NCBI GenBank assembly: GCA_051748205.1
Contig: JBNJHE010000002.1
Location: forward strand, 1-53,613
DNA: 53,613 nt
From: Bacteroidota bacterium
GTDB lineage: Bacteria; Bacteroidota; Bacteroidia; Bacteroidales; PWNQ01
Reading direction: 5' to 3'
Part shown: positions 35,594 to 44,688 of the stretch, piece by piece
How the letters are laid out: each line of letters begins with the position of its first letter
Numbering within the stretch: position 1 is the stretch's first letter
Position numbers and translations under genes: made by a program
The notes under the pieces: generated by a model
What the model was told of the DNA's origin: nothing
The model's input: the letters and a program-made list of their open reading frames with translations, nothing else
The model's database searches: none

Positions 35594-37579
35594 ATGAAAT
35601 TAGGCCTAAAGAATAATCCTGATCATGAGGATCATGATGATTTTCAATACAAAATAGAGCAATTTGATGATATAAAAATAATGCGTTATAAAGTACCTGG
35701 ATTTGACCGTTTAAGTCTGGAACAGAAAAAACTGTTGTATTATTTAAGTGAGGCAGCTCGTTGTGGACGCGATATAATCTTTGATCAGCATTTTGAACAC
35801 AATATTAAAATCAGGAAATTATTGGATGTTATAGTCGAAACCTATAGAGGTGATCGAAACAGTGAATATTTCCAGATATTTATGGTTTATGTCAAGAAAT
35901 TCTGGTTTTCCAATGGATTTCATCATCATTATTCCAGCGACAAGTTTGTGCCTGGTATTGATCGTGAATATTTTCTCAGCCTGCTTCGGCAGTCTGATCA
36001 GAATCAACTGCCGGTGAACCCGGACTATGAACCGGATGCTTTGCATAATCTGATGGAGATAATTTTCGATAATACCCTATATCCTAAAGGGGTATCCCAG
36101 GATACAAGCCGGGATATAGTCAAAGCTTCGGCAGTGAATTTTTATAAAGGTGTAAGTAAAGAGGAAGTGCAGGGGTTCTATCAGTCTTTATTGCAGTCAG
36201 ATGAAAAGCAGCCTGTTTCTTATGGCTTAAACTCCAGGCTAATAAAAGAAAATGGGGAAATTCAGGAGCAGCGATATAGAGAAGAAGGATTGTATGATAA
36301 ACCTATCCGGGCGATTATTTCCTGGCTTGAAAAAGCTGCAGGGGTTGCCGAAAACGAGCAGCAAAAGCAAACAATTGCTTATTTGATAGACTTTTACAAA
36401 ACCGGGGATTTAAAGCTGTGGGATACATACAGCATATCCTGGGTAAACGATCAACAATCTCATATTGATTTCATTAATGGCTTTATTGAAAACTATACAG
36501 ATCCGATGGGCATGAAGGCTACATGGGAGTCAGTAGTAAACTTTCAGGATGTAGAGGCCACAAAACGCACGAGGATCATTGCTGATAATGCACAGTGGTT
36601 TGAGGATCGTTCTCCTGTAGATGCGCGCTTTAGAAAGGCAGAAGTTAAGGGTGTTTCCGCCAAAGTCATTACCGTAGTGCAACTGGGAGGGGATTGTTTT
36701 CCGGCTTCGCCTATAGGAATTAATCTTCCGAATGCAGATTGGATTCGTAAGGAGCATGGCAGCAAATCGGTCACCATGGAAAACATTACCATGGCCTATG
36801 ATAAGGCTACTCAGGGTAGTGGGATGCTGGAGGAGTTTGTTTACGATGAAGCGGATCGGGAGTTATCCAGGAAATATGGGGCTCAAGCCAATAATCTGCA
36901 TACCGACTTGCATGAATGTCTTGGACATGGCTCCGGGCAACTGCTGCCCGGCGTTTCTGCGGATGCACTGCAGAATTACGCATCGCCTTTGGAAGAAGCC
37001 AGAGCAGACCTTTATGCTCTCTATTTTATGATGGACCCCCAAATGCTTAAGCTGGGATTAATACCGAATATGGACTTGCCCAAAGCAGAGTATAATGCCT
37101 ATATCCGTAATGGCCTGATGACGCAACTGACACGTATAAAACCCGGAAAAGATATTGAACAAGCGCATATGAGAAACCGGCAGATTATTGCTAAATGGGT
37201 TTATGAAAAAGGAAAAGCTGATCAGGTGATCGAGAAGTTTACTGAGCATGGAAAAACTTATGTGCGTGTGCAGGATCATCAAAAATTACGCGAACTGTTT
37301 GGGCAGTTGCTGGCGGAAGTACAGCGCATTAAGTCCGAGGGAGATTATCCGGCAGGAAAAAACCTGGTGGAAAAGTACGGCGTGAAAGTTGATCGGGATT
37401 TGCATAACGAAGTTCTGGAGCGATTCGCTCGTCTTGGTATTGCTCCCTATGGTGGCTTTATGAATCCTGATTTTAACGTGATTAGAGAACAGGGCGAAAT
37501 CAAAGATATTAAAATTTTCTATCCTGATAACTATACTGAGCAAATGCTGGATTATGGCAGAAAATATGGCTATTTGTAA
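35594..37579 (+). CDS. Dipeptidyl-peptidase III-like zinc metallopeptidase (family M49)
   Basis: It has the HEXXGH-type motif HECLGHGSGQ plus the second zinc motif LEEARADLYALY, as in M49. Length is 661 aa. Confidence 0.8.
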   Translation: MKLGLKNNPDHEDHDDFQYKIEQFDDIKIMRYKVPGFDRLSLEQKKLLYYLSEAARCGRDIIFDQHFEHNIKIRKLLDVIVETYRGDRNSEYFQIFMVYVKKFWFSNGFHHHYSSDKFVPGIDREYFLSLLRQSDQNQLPVNPDYEPDALHNLMEIIFDNTLYPKGVSQDTSRDIVKASAVNFYKGVSKEEVQGFYQSLLQSDEKQPVSYGLNSRLIKENGEIQEQRYREEGLYDKPIRAIISWLEKAAGVAENEQQKQTIAYLIDFYKTGDLKLWDTYSISWVNDQQSHIDFINGFIENYTDPMGMKATWESVVNFQDVEATKRTRIIADNAQWFEDRSPVDARFRKAEVKGVSAKVITVVQLGGDCFPASPIGINLPNADWIRKEHGSKSVTMENITMAYDKATQGSGMLEEFVYDEADRELSRKYGAQANNLHTDLHECLGHGSGQLLPGVSADALQNYASPLEEARADLYALYFMMDPQMLKLGLIPNMDLPKAEYNAYIRNGLMTQLTRIKPGKDIEQAHMRNRQIIAKWVYEKGKADQVIEKFTEHGKTYVRVQDHQKLRELFGQLLAEVQRIKSEGDYPAGKNLVEKYGVKVDRDLHNEVLERFARLGIAPYGGFMNPDFNVIREQGEIKDIKIFYPDNYTEQMLDYGRKYGYL

Positions 37580-37600
37580 GCAAACGGATATATAGGGCAA

Positions 37601-40567
37601 TTAGCCGTTTTGTTGAATGGCATCGTAAATAACTTTCTGAATTTTGGTACGGATATTCATGCTAATCAGCTTGCGATTTTCAGCATCCGGATAAATACGA
37701 TTGGAAAGGAAGATATAGACCAGGTCATATTCGGGGTCAGCCCAGGCATAAGTCCCGGTAAAACCGGAGTGCCCAAAGCTGCTGTTCGTAGCTTCCTGAG
37801 TAGTAGGGCCACCCTTTGAGCCATTGGGTAGTGGTTTGTCAAAGCCAATTCCGCGGCGATTGTTATTTAGCGGATACTGTTGTGTGGTGAATTCCTTTAT
37901 TGTCGCCGGATTCAAAAACTGCTGACCACCATAGGTGCCCTCGTTGAGTAACATCTGCATCAGTGCTGCCACGTCTTTGGCATTGGAAAACAAACCCGCA
38001 TGCCCCGAAACACCACCCAGCATTGCTGCTCCCTGATCATGAACGGTTCCATGAACTAACTGATGCCGGAAAATTTTGTCGTCCTCGGTAGGAGGAATTC
38101 TATGATTGCTAAACTTTTCTAAAGGCTTGAAGGTGATGTGCTGTAAGCCCATTGGTTGGTAAAAGCTTTCCTGTACATACTGGTTAAGTGGCTTATTGGT
38201 GATGTCTTCGATTATGAAACTAAGAAGGTAAAACCCCAAATCGGAATAACGATAACTCCGACTGCGTCTTAGGTCGGAATCAAGTATGGTTTTAATAATT
38301 GTGTCCCTGTAGCTTGATTTTATATATAAGTTTTGTGCAACATCCAAAGGATATTGTGGGTCATTCAGGGATGCATATATTTCCGGCGATGGATATCCAG
38401 AGCGGGTTAATGTCTTAACATAAAAAGGTATCCAGGGGGAAAGTCGCGCCTGATGAGCCATCATTTCGCGAATGATAATCGATGACTTATTTGTGTTTGT
38501 TGCCTCAGGAAAATAGGTCGACAGAGTTTGGTCGATGTTTAGTTTTCCCTCGTCAGACAGCTTCATAACTGAAAGTGTAGTAGCTGCTATTTTTGTGAGT
38601 GATGCCAGATCGTATAAATCATTATCTTTTACTGGCCGTATCTGATCGTAGGTATGATAGCCGAAACTCTTATGATAAAAAATCTTGTTATCCTTTGCAA
38701 TCAATATCTGGCAACCGGGATAGGCTTTCTTTTGTATACCATCCAGGGCAATGGAATCAATTTGTTGAATGAATTTGTCCTGAATATGCATAAAAAAGGG
38801 AGAGCTGCTTTCCAAACGTGTTTTTTTTGTATTGTATCCATGTCCTGCTTTATATGTCTTTCCTATGCTTACAGGCAATTTGCCTTTAATAGCAACAGCA
38901 CCGAATAAGGCCTCTACTGCAGCCGTCTGCGTATATTTGTTATTTTCATAGGCCAGCAGCAGGGCTTTTGTGTTGTCAGCTTGTAGTGCCTTTAGAGCAT
39001 AAGGGTTTCCAAAAAAGAGAATGATCGTATTTGTCTGTTGACTGATGGCTTCGAGTAGGTCGAAAGCGCTGGAACTAAAGCCATAGTTTGAGCCAGGATA
39101 TAAACTCGAGCTATGCATACCTGCTACTACCAGATCATAGTCTTTTAATTTGACCAGCATATTTTTATATTCGGCCAGAGAAGCTGTAGAAGAAATAAAA
39201 TAGTTGTCAGTATTGATATATTCGTTGATTTTTTCAGCCAAATGAGGCTGGGGTCTTTTACCCACAGAAAGCAACGCGATTTTCTGTTTGCTGGTATTTT
39301 CCAGAGGGATTACCGATTTGTTTTCCAGTAGAGTAAGCGCTTCTTTATACAATTCATAAATGAGCGCCTTGTGATCGGTATTGTGAATTGTTTTAAAGAG
39401 CTCCTTTTCCGAATAATTCGGTGTTTTCCAGGCTTTGACAAAATATTTAGCCATTAAAATTTTACGGAGACTGCGGTGCAGTCGTTGCTGGGATATTTTC
39501 CCGGAATTCACAGCATTAATTATAGCTTTCGCAGCTACTTCCATGTTTGCAGGCATCAGAAGGATGTCATTACCAGCAAGAAAAGCCTTAACCACCAGCT
39601 CGCCATCGTCCATTCCTTTTCGTGCTCCGGCCATTTCGAGTGCATCGGTTACAATAAGACCAAAATAGTTGTATTGTTCAATCAAAAGATCATTTAGGAT
39701 GGCTTTGGAGAGTGAGGCAGGGCCGTTGTTCAAAGAATCCAGAGCGGGAACATGGATATGAGCACTCATAATGGCCCCCAGGCCTTCAGAAGATGCTTTT
39801 CGAAATGGTAGCAAGTGGATGTTGTGCATTTCTTCTTTCGAGCTGTGGATGACCGGAAGGGTATAATGAGAGTCTTTATCGGTATCGCCGTGACCGGGGA
39901 AGTGCTTGCCGCAAGCAATAACTTGTTCATCTTGCATGCCGCGGGCATACAGCATAGCTTTTTCATAAACGATTTCAGGATCTTCGCCAAAGCTGCGGAA
40001 ATTAATCACCGGATTTTGAGGATTGTTGTTGACATCCATCACAGGAGCGAAGTTCATGTTGACGCCCAGGGTTTTCAATTCTTTAGCTATTGTTTTTCCC
40101 ATTAACAGTAACAGATCCTTGTCTTGTACGGCGCCCAATGTCATTTGGTAGGGGTAGGAGAGAGTGCTGTCGAGTCGCATTCCTGCACCCCATTCCGCAT
40201 CCTGAGCTATTAGCAGAGGTATTGTTGAGCGCTGTTGATATTGCTTTACCCAATGAAGCTGTCGTTGTGGGCCTCCCTGAAAAAAACATACACCACCTGG
40301 CTGATAACGCTCAATGGCTTGTCCTACATTTTGTTTATACGCCAGTGATTTGTTGGAATGCGCCCTGATCATGAACAGTTGTCCTACTTTTTCTTCCAGT
40401 GTCATGGTCTGAATTACCGAGTCAGCCCATTCCAAAGCCTGTCGTGAACCGGAATTTGATGACCCGGGTGGCATCTGCTGAGGGAATACGGAGCTAAAAG
40501 ACGCTGATAATGCAAAAATAAAAATGACTATCAGGGGTTTGAGGGGTTTCATGATTTTTCTGCTCAT
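37601..40567 (-). CDS. Fusion protein: glycoside hydrolase family 3 (NagZ-like beta-N-acetylglucosaminidase) N-terminal part plus serine beta-lactamase/PBP-like hydrolase C-terminal part
   Basis: It has a signal peptide. GH3 motifs are present (KHFPGHGDTDKDSH, VTDALEM). The C-terminal domain has the SxxK motif (DLASLTKIAATT) and the fold length of class C beta-lactamase-like esterases. An alternative start lies at 40552 (MKPLKPL). Confidence 0.8.
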   Translation of the reverse strand: MSRKIMKPLKPLIVIFIFALSASFSSVFPQQMPPGSSNSGSRQALEWADSVIQTMTLEEKVGQLFMIRAHSNKSLAYKQNVGQAIERYQPGGVCFFQGGPQRQLHWVKQYQQRSTIPLLIAQDAEWGAGMRLDSTLSYPYQMTLGAVQDKDLLLLMGKTIAKELKTLGVNMNFAPVMDVNNNPQNPVINFRSFGEDPEIVYEKAMLYARGMQDEQVIACGKHFPGHGDTDKDSHYTLPVIHSSKEEMHNIHLLPFRKASSEGLGAIMSAHIHVPALDSLNNGPASLSKAILNDLLIEQYNYFGLIVTDALEMAGARKGMDDGELVVKAFLAGNDILLMPANMEVAAKAIINAVNSGKISQQRLHRSLRKILMAKYFVKAWKTPNYSEKELFKTIHNTDHKALIYELYKEALTLLENKSVIPLENTSKQKIALLSVGKRPQPHLAEKINEYINTDNYFISSTASLAEYKNMLVKLKDYDLVVAGMHSSSLYPGSNYGFSSSAFDLLEAISQQTNTIILFFGNPYALKALQADNTKALLLAYENNKYTQTAAVEALFGAVAIKGKLPVSIGKTYKAGHGYNTKKTRLESSSPFFMHIQDKFIQQIDSIALDGIQKKAYPGCQILIAKDNKIFYHKSFGYHTYDQIRPVKDNDLYDLASLTKIAATTLSVMKLSDEGKLNIDQTLSTYFPEATNTNKSSIIIREMMAHQARLSPWIPFYVKTLTRSGYPSPEIYASLNDPQYPLDVAQNLYIKSSYRDTIIKTILDSDLRRSRSYRYSDLGFYLLSFIIEDITNKPLNQYVQESFYQPMGLQHITFKPLEKFSNHRIPPTEDDKIFRHQLVHGTVHDQGAAMLGGVSGHAGLFSNAKDVAALMQMLLNEGTYGGQQFLNPATIKEFTTQQYPLNNNRRGIGFDKPLPNGSKGGPTTQEATNSSFGHSGFTGTYAWADPEYDLVYIFLSNRIYPDAENRKLISMNIRTKIQKVIYDAIQQNG

Positions 40568-40575
40568 AACAGTAC

Positions 40576-40583
40576 AAATTTAA
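40576..40583 (-). promoter_or_regulatory. Bacteroidetes -7 promoter box for the GH3/beta-lactamase gene
   Basis: The minus strand reads TAAATTTG. It is 8 nt upstream of the ATG at 40567 and 23 nt upstream of the ATG at 40552, which favours the downstream start. Confidence 0.35.
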
Positions 40584-40644
40584 ACCAAAGTGTTCAATTT
40601 TAACGTGATTTCTGACAGAGAATTATCAACATGGGTATGTGCAA

Positions 40645-40680
40645 TAAAAAAAGCGGCAAAAGGAATTCTTTTTGCCGCTT
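40645..40680 (-). terminator. Rho-independent terminator downstream of rho
   Basis: A roughly 12-bp stem (aagcggcaaaagg / cttttt gccgctt, 40651-40680) is followed on the minus strand by a U-run, seen as the A-run at 40645-40650 on plus. Confidence 0.7.
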
Positions 40681-40702
40681 ATCAAAAATTCTTCACCGAA
40701 AG

Positions 40703-42511
40703 CTATCCGTTCATGGACATCAAAAATTCTTCATTGGTGTCCGTAAATCGCATGCGATCTTTCAGGAACTCGATTGCTTCAAGCGGATTCATATCAGCAA
40801 GGTGATTACGTAATATCCAGGTTTTTTGCAGTACATCTTTATGTAGCAGCAGGTCTTCGCGTCGGGTGCTGGAAGCCACAACATCAATAGCCGGGAATAT
40901 TCTTTTATTGGATATCTTGCGGTCGAGTTGCAGTTCCATATTGCCGGTTCCTTTAAATTCCTCAAAAATGACTTCATCCATACGCGATCCTGTATCAATA
41001 AGGGCCGTAGCAAGGATAGTCAGGGATCCTCCGTTTTCAATCTGACGCGCTGCGCCAAAGAAGCGTTTAGGTTTATGCAAGGCATTGGCTTCCACTCCAC
41101 CGGAAAGCACTTTTCCTGAAGCCGGCGAGACTGTGTTGTATGCCCGCGCCAGACGAGTGATGGAATCAAGCAGGATAACAACATCATGGCCGCATTCGGT
41201 CATGCGCTTGGCTTTTTCCAATACCAAATTAGCGATTTTAACGTGACGCTCAGCCTGCTCGTCAAAGGTAGAGGCTATCACTTCGGCATCTACACTTCGC
41301 TCCATGTCCGTTACCTCTTCAGGGCGTTCATCGATCAATAAAATAATCATATAAACTTCCGGATGGTTTGCTGTAATGGCGTTAGCAATTTCTTTCAGCA
41401 GCACTGTCTTTCCTGTTTTGGGCTGGGCGACAATCAAACCACGTTGCCCTTTTCCTATAGGAGTGAACAGATCAACAATACGTGTGGACATATTCGAGCT
41501 GCGTTTTGATACTAAGGTGAATTTCTCGTCCGGAAACAGTGGTTTCAAATGATCGAAAGCAATACGGTCACGTACCTCTTCGGGTTTGCGTCCGTTGATT
41601 TCAATAACTTTTATTAATGGAAAATACTTTTCTCCTTCCTTGGGGGGGCGAATGCTCCCTTTGACGTTATCTCCTGTCTTTAATCCAAAGAGCTTAATCT
41701 GTGATTGTGAGACATAGATGTCGTCAGGAGAATTCAGGTAATGATAGTCGGAAGATCGCAGAAAGCCATAGCCGTCAGGCATAATTTCCAATACACCTTC
41801 GCTTTGTGCTATTCCTTCCATCTCAAAAAAGATATCTTTTTCCTTATCTTTATCTTTTCGTTGATTTCCAGTATCCTTGAAGTCTCTTCGATCCTGCCGG
41901 TCTTTTTGATTTACATTACGATCGTTGCGTTCCAGGCGAATGTGCTTTTGCTCCCGTTTTTCTGGTACATCCTTTTGTGATTCTTTTGCCTCAGAGACTT
42001 GTTTTTTCTGTTGATTGTCAGATGGTTTTTCCTTCTGAGGGATATCTCTGTTATCTATATTTGGCTTTCTTTTTGGTGCATTTCTTTTCTGCTGATCTTC
42101 CTGAGGCTTATTGCTTTGCTTTTGTTGAGCCTTTGCAGGTGCTGGCTCTGGCTTTTTGGGCGATGCTTTTTCAGGTTGTTGTTCAGCCTTTTGGTTCGGT
42201 TGATTGCCGGAGGTGGATTTTACAGTGTTATCCGTTTTCCTTGGGCGTCCGCGTCGGCGACGGGATTGCTCTATCGCTTTTTTCTCCTGCTCTGGCTCTG
42301 GCTTTCTGCTCTTTTGGGCTTGTCCTGATTCTTTTGTGGAAACGGGCTCAGACTTTTTTTCCGTTAATGTGGGGTGTAACGCTTGATAGTCCAGAATCTT
42401 ATAGATAAGCTCCTGCTTTTTTAAGCCTTGTGATTTTGGGATATTCAAGTCTTTGGCTATGGAACGTAAATCCTTTAGCAATTTCCCATTCAGCTCAATA
42501 ATATCGTACAT
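40703..42511 (-). CDS. rho: Transcription termination factor Rho with a roughly 180-aa low-complexity insertion in the N-terminal domain
   Basis: It has an N-terminal helix bundle ([19 protein letters not shown]), an OB/RNA-binding region ([15 protein letters not shown]), Walker A (AQPKTGKT), and the blocks LIDERPEEV and [12 protein letters not shown]. Residues ~47-226 are K/Q/E/P/R/D-rich. Confidence 0.95.
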   Translation of the reverse strand: MYDIIELNGKLLKDLRSIAKDLNIPKSQGLKKQELIYKILDYQALHPTLTEKKSEPVSTKESGQAQKSRKPEPEQEKKAIEQSRRRRGRPRKTDNTVKSTSGNQPNQKAEQQPEKASPKKPEPAPAKAQQKQSNKPQEDQQKRNAPKRKPNIDNRDIPQKEKPSDNQQKKQVSEAKESQKDVPEKREQKHIRLERNDRNVNQKDRQDRRDFKDTGNQRKDKDKEKDIFFEMEGIAQSEGVLEIMPDGYGFLRSSDYHYLNSPDDIYVSQSQIKLFGLKTGDNVKGSIRPPKEGEKYFPLIKVIEINGRKPEEVRDRIAFDHLKPLFPDEKFTLVSKRSSNMSTRIVDLFTPIGKGQRGLIVAQPKTGKTVLLKEIANAITANHPEVYMIILLIDERPEEVTDMERSVDAEVIASTFDEQAERHVKIANLVLEKAKRMTECGHDVVILLDSITRLARAYNTVSPASGKVLSGGVEANALHKPKRFFGAARQIENGGSLTILATALIDTGSRMDEVIFEEFKGTGNMELQLDRKISNKRIFPAIDVVASSTRREDLLLHKDVLQKTWILRNHLADMNPLEAIEFLKDRMRFTDTNEEFLMSMNG

Positions 42512-42610
42512 GAAAATGATTATTTGATTTGTATTTCTTTTGACTTCTGTAAGTTATTTTGAAAAGACCGGCAAGAAACAGAAAAGCCGGACTAAGTGGA
42601 ATTTCTGCCA

Positions 42611-42618
42611 CAAAGATA
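42611..42618 (-). promoter_or_regulatory. Candidate -7 promoter box for rho
   Basis: The minus strand reads TATCTTTG, 99 nt upstream of the ATG at 42511. A second candidate (TATATTTG) lies at 42639-42646. Confidence 0.3.
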
Positions 42619-42782
42619 ATGAATTATTTTTAGTCACACAAATATAACCAAATATTTGATAAATAAGCCTTGTTTTTTTTAATGTGCTATTTTTTTTGTG
42701 TTATATGACATGCTTTCAGCAAAATGTTATCGATTTTTCGAATTATGCCTGTTTAATCATGGAATATAAGTATCAAATAATG

Positions 42783-42790
42783 TATTTTTG
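42783..42790 (+). promoter_or_regulatory. Bacteroidetes -7 promoter box for the DUF4293-like gene
   Basis: TATTTTTG lies 15 nt upstream of the ATG at 42806. Confidence 0.4.
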
Positions 42791-42805
42791 CAAAAAAAAA
42801 CCGAT

Positions 42806-43273
42806 ATGTTACAGCGACTACAATCATTGTATATGTTTTTAGGGGTACTTGTTGCCATCATGATGTTTTTTATTCCATTAGCTAGTTTTGGATTAATAGA
42901 AGGGCAGGAGCTGCAGTTGAAATTTTTAGTATTTGATCCTTTTCTAAGCTATGGCATAAAAAAGCAGACGCTTTTAACCCCCGTAATCACCAATATTATT
43001 GTGGCGGTATTGTTGCTTATTAATATTTTCTTATACAAAAACCGAAAGCTACAGCGTCGTATCTTAATGATAATTGTTGTTATCAACCTGGCCACTTTGG
43101 GAACAGTCTTTCTTGCTGCTGATCAGATATCCAATCTTTCCCAGGTAGGCAATAAGGCAATATATGAAGTTGGAACATATTTGCCTTTAGTAATTATGAT
43201 ACTGTTAGTGCTTGCCAATAATGGAATTCGTAAAGATGACAAATTGGTGAAGTCGGCGGATCGATTGCGATAG
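42806..43273 (+). CDS. Integral membrane protein (DUF4293-like, 4 TM helices), divergent from rho
   Basis: It is about 155 aa with four hydrophobic helices. The start at MLQRLQSLYMFLG fits the promoter box. I recall the family name from Bacteroidota rho-adjacent genes, but it is unverified. Confidence 0.5.
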   Translation: MLQRLQSLYMFLGVLVAIMMFFIPLASFGLIEGQELQLKFLVFDPFLSYGIKKQTLLTPVITNIIVAVLLLINIFLYKNRKLQRRILMIIVVINLATLGTVFLAADQISNLSQVGNKAIYEVGTYLPLVIMILLVLANNGIRKDDKLVKSADRLR

Positions 43274-43274
43274 C

Positions 43275-43769
43275 TCATGTCCTTGGATGTTCAGCTATTT
43301 CCAGATTTTTTATCCTTTTGTTGTCTATTTCAAAACGCATAAATGTTATATATTGATGAAAGCCCTGTTTGCCAGCTGCCCCTGGGTTTAAATGTAACAT
43401 TTTATACTTTTTGTCGAACATGGCTTTTAAAATATGCGAGTGTCCAGAAATAAATAAATTTGGCTGGTGGTTGTTAATCAATGCTTTTGCTTTTTGGCTA
43501 TAATGATATGGATAGCCGCCAATATGAAGCATAATAACCTTTACACCTTCTATCCAAAAGCTCTGATATTCCGGAAATTCATTACGGATATCCATATCGT
43601 CAATATTTCCATATACAGCCCTAAAGGGTTTATCCTGTCTGATGTCAGCAATGATATCGTATGAGCCAATATCACCGGCATGCCATATCTCATCCGTTTT
43701 TTTCAAAAAATCACGAAGCGAAGGGTGGACAAAACCATGTGTGTCTGAAAGCAAACCAATTGACTTCAT
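43275..43769 (-). CDS. YfcE/MJ0936-family metallophosphoesterase
   Basis: The motifs LSDTHG, HAGDIG, GNID, MLHIGG and SGHSH appear in canonical order. Length is 164 aa. Confidence 0.85.
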   Translation of the reverse strand: MKSIGLLSDTHGFVHPSLRDFLKKTDEIWHAGDIGSYDIIADIRQDKPFRAVYGNIDDMDIRNEFPEYQSFWIEGVKVIMLHIGGYPYHYSQKAKALINNHQPNLFISGHSHILKAMFDKKYKMLHLNPGAAGKQGFHQYITFMRFEIDNKRIKNLEIAEHPRT

Positions 43770-43929
43770 CTGGTCATAATTTTATTCAATAGTTCAGATA
43801 TTTACCCCGTCATTCTTCAGGAGGAAGAACTCTCCATGCCACATCAGAATAACGGCCATTCACGTTTTTTAATTCCATTATAATCATGCTTCTGTGTGTT
43901 TCGTCTTAGGCGGATTATGGTGTAGTTCA

Positions 43930-44688
43930 TCAAATAATTTCCAGGGAATTAGCCGGCAGCCAGCCTATAGTGCCGTCCGGAAGTTTAACTTCATACCAGT
44001 TGCCTATTTTGTTTAGAATGGATACTTTAAGTCCTTCATGGATGACAAATAAATCTGTGCTGTCGTAGTCGGGTGAGCTTTTGCCTGTAATTACCGATTC
44101 AAAGACAATGGCCTCTTTGCTGTTCTTAACTTTATGATAGTTTCTTAGACTAATGAAAAGGACAAACAAGAATAACAAACTGCTGATAACAGCCATCCAG
44201 AAAAAACGCTTTCTCCAGTCAATATTTCGGGAGGTGATAAAGAAAACCCATAAAATAAGGCTGAGAAATATCATGGCAATGCTCAAAATGCCCCATGTCT
44301 TTAATGGTAAAAGCTGACATAATCCATGCCACCATCGAACATAAAACATTACCGGTAAAGCCGCGATATCATCTTTTTGCGAAGCACGGGCAAACTGCAG
44401 GTTATAGCGGATACGTTCGTTGTGAGGGGCTATTTTTAAGGCCCGCTCGTAGTTTAAAATAGCGGCAGCTAAATGATCTGATTTATAATGTGCATTGCCC
44501 AGATTGTAATACAACTCTGCAGAGGTTTGTCCGGTTTGTATGATGCTGTCATATACTGCAGCAGCATACTGGTAATCTCCAGCTTTGTAAGCCTTTGTAG
44601 CTTGATGCAGCATGGTGTCAGTATTAGTTCCGTATCCTGACTGAAACGAACAAATCAAAAGGGCGATTAGAATAATCCGTGTTTTCAT
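43930..44688 (-). CDS. batE: BatE-like protein: TPR repeats, TM segments and C-terminal SH3b domain
   Basis: It has a signal peptide, TPR helices (AELYYNLGNAHYKSDHLAAAILNYERALKIAP), two or three TM helices and an SH3-like C-terminus (WYEVKLPDGTIGWLPANSLEII). It is the last gene of the Bat cluster. Confidence 0.7.
   Translation of the reverse strand: MKTRIILIALLICSFQSGYGTNTDTMLHQATKAYKAGDYQYAAAVYDSIIQTGQTSAELYYNLGNAHYKSDHLAAAILNYERALKIAPHNERIRYNLQFARASQKDDIAALPVMFYVRWWHGLCQLLPLKTWGILSIAMIFLSLILWVFFITSRNIDWRKRFFWMAVISSLLFLFVLFISLRNYHKVKNSKEAIVFESVITGKSSPDYDSTDLFVIHEGLKVSILNKIGNWYEVKLPDGTIGWLPANSLEII

Noticed and set aside
41977-42408. Three overlapping plus-strand ORFs (143, 109 and 60 aa) antisense to rho
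   Set aside because: They are shadows of the K/Q/E-rich insertion of rho, with biased composition and no start context or promoter box.
42581-42590. The 10-mer gccggactaa shared between the rho leader and the left end of the MITE-like element (7087-7096)
   Set aside because: It is a single 10-nt match with no extension on either side, which is compatible with chance in a 53-kb window searched on both strands.
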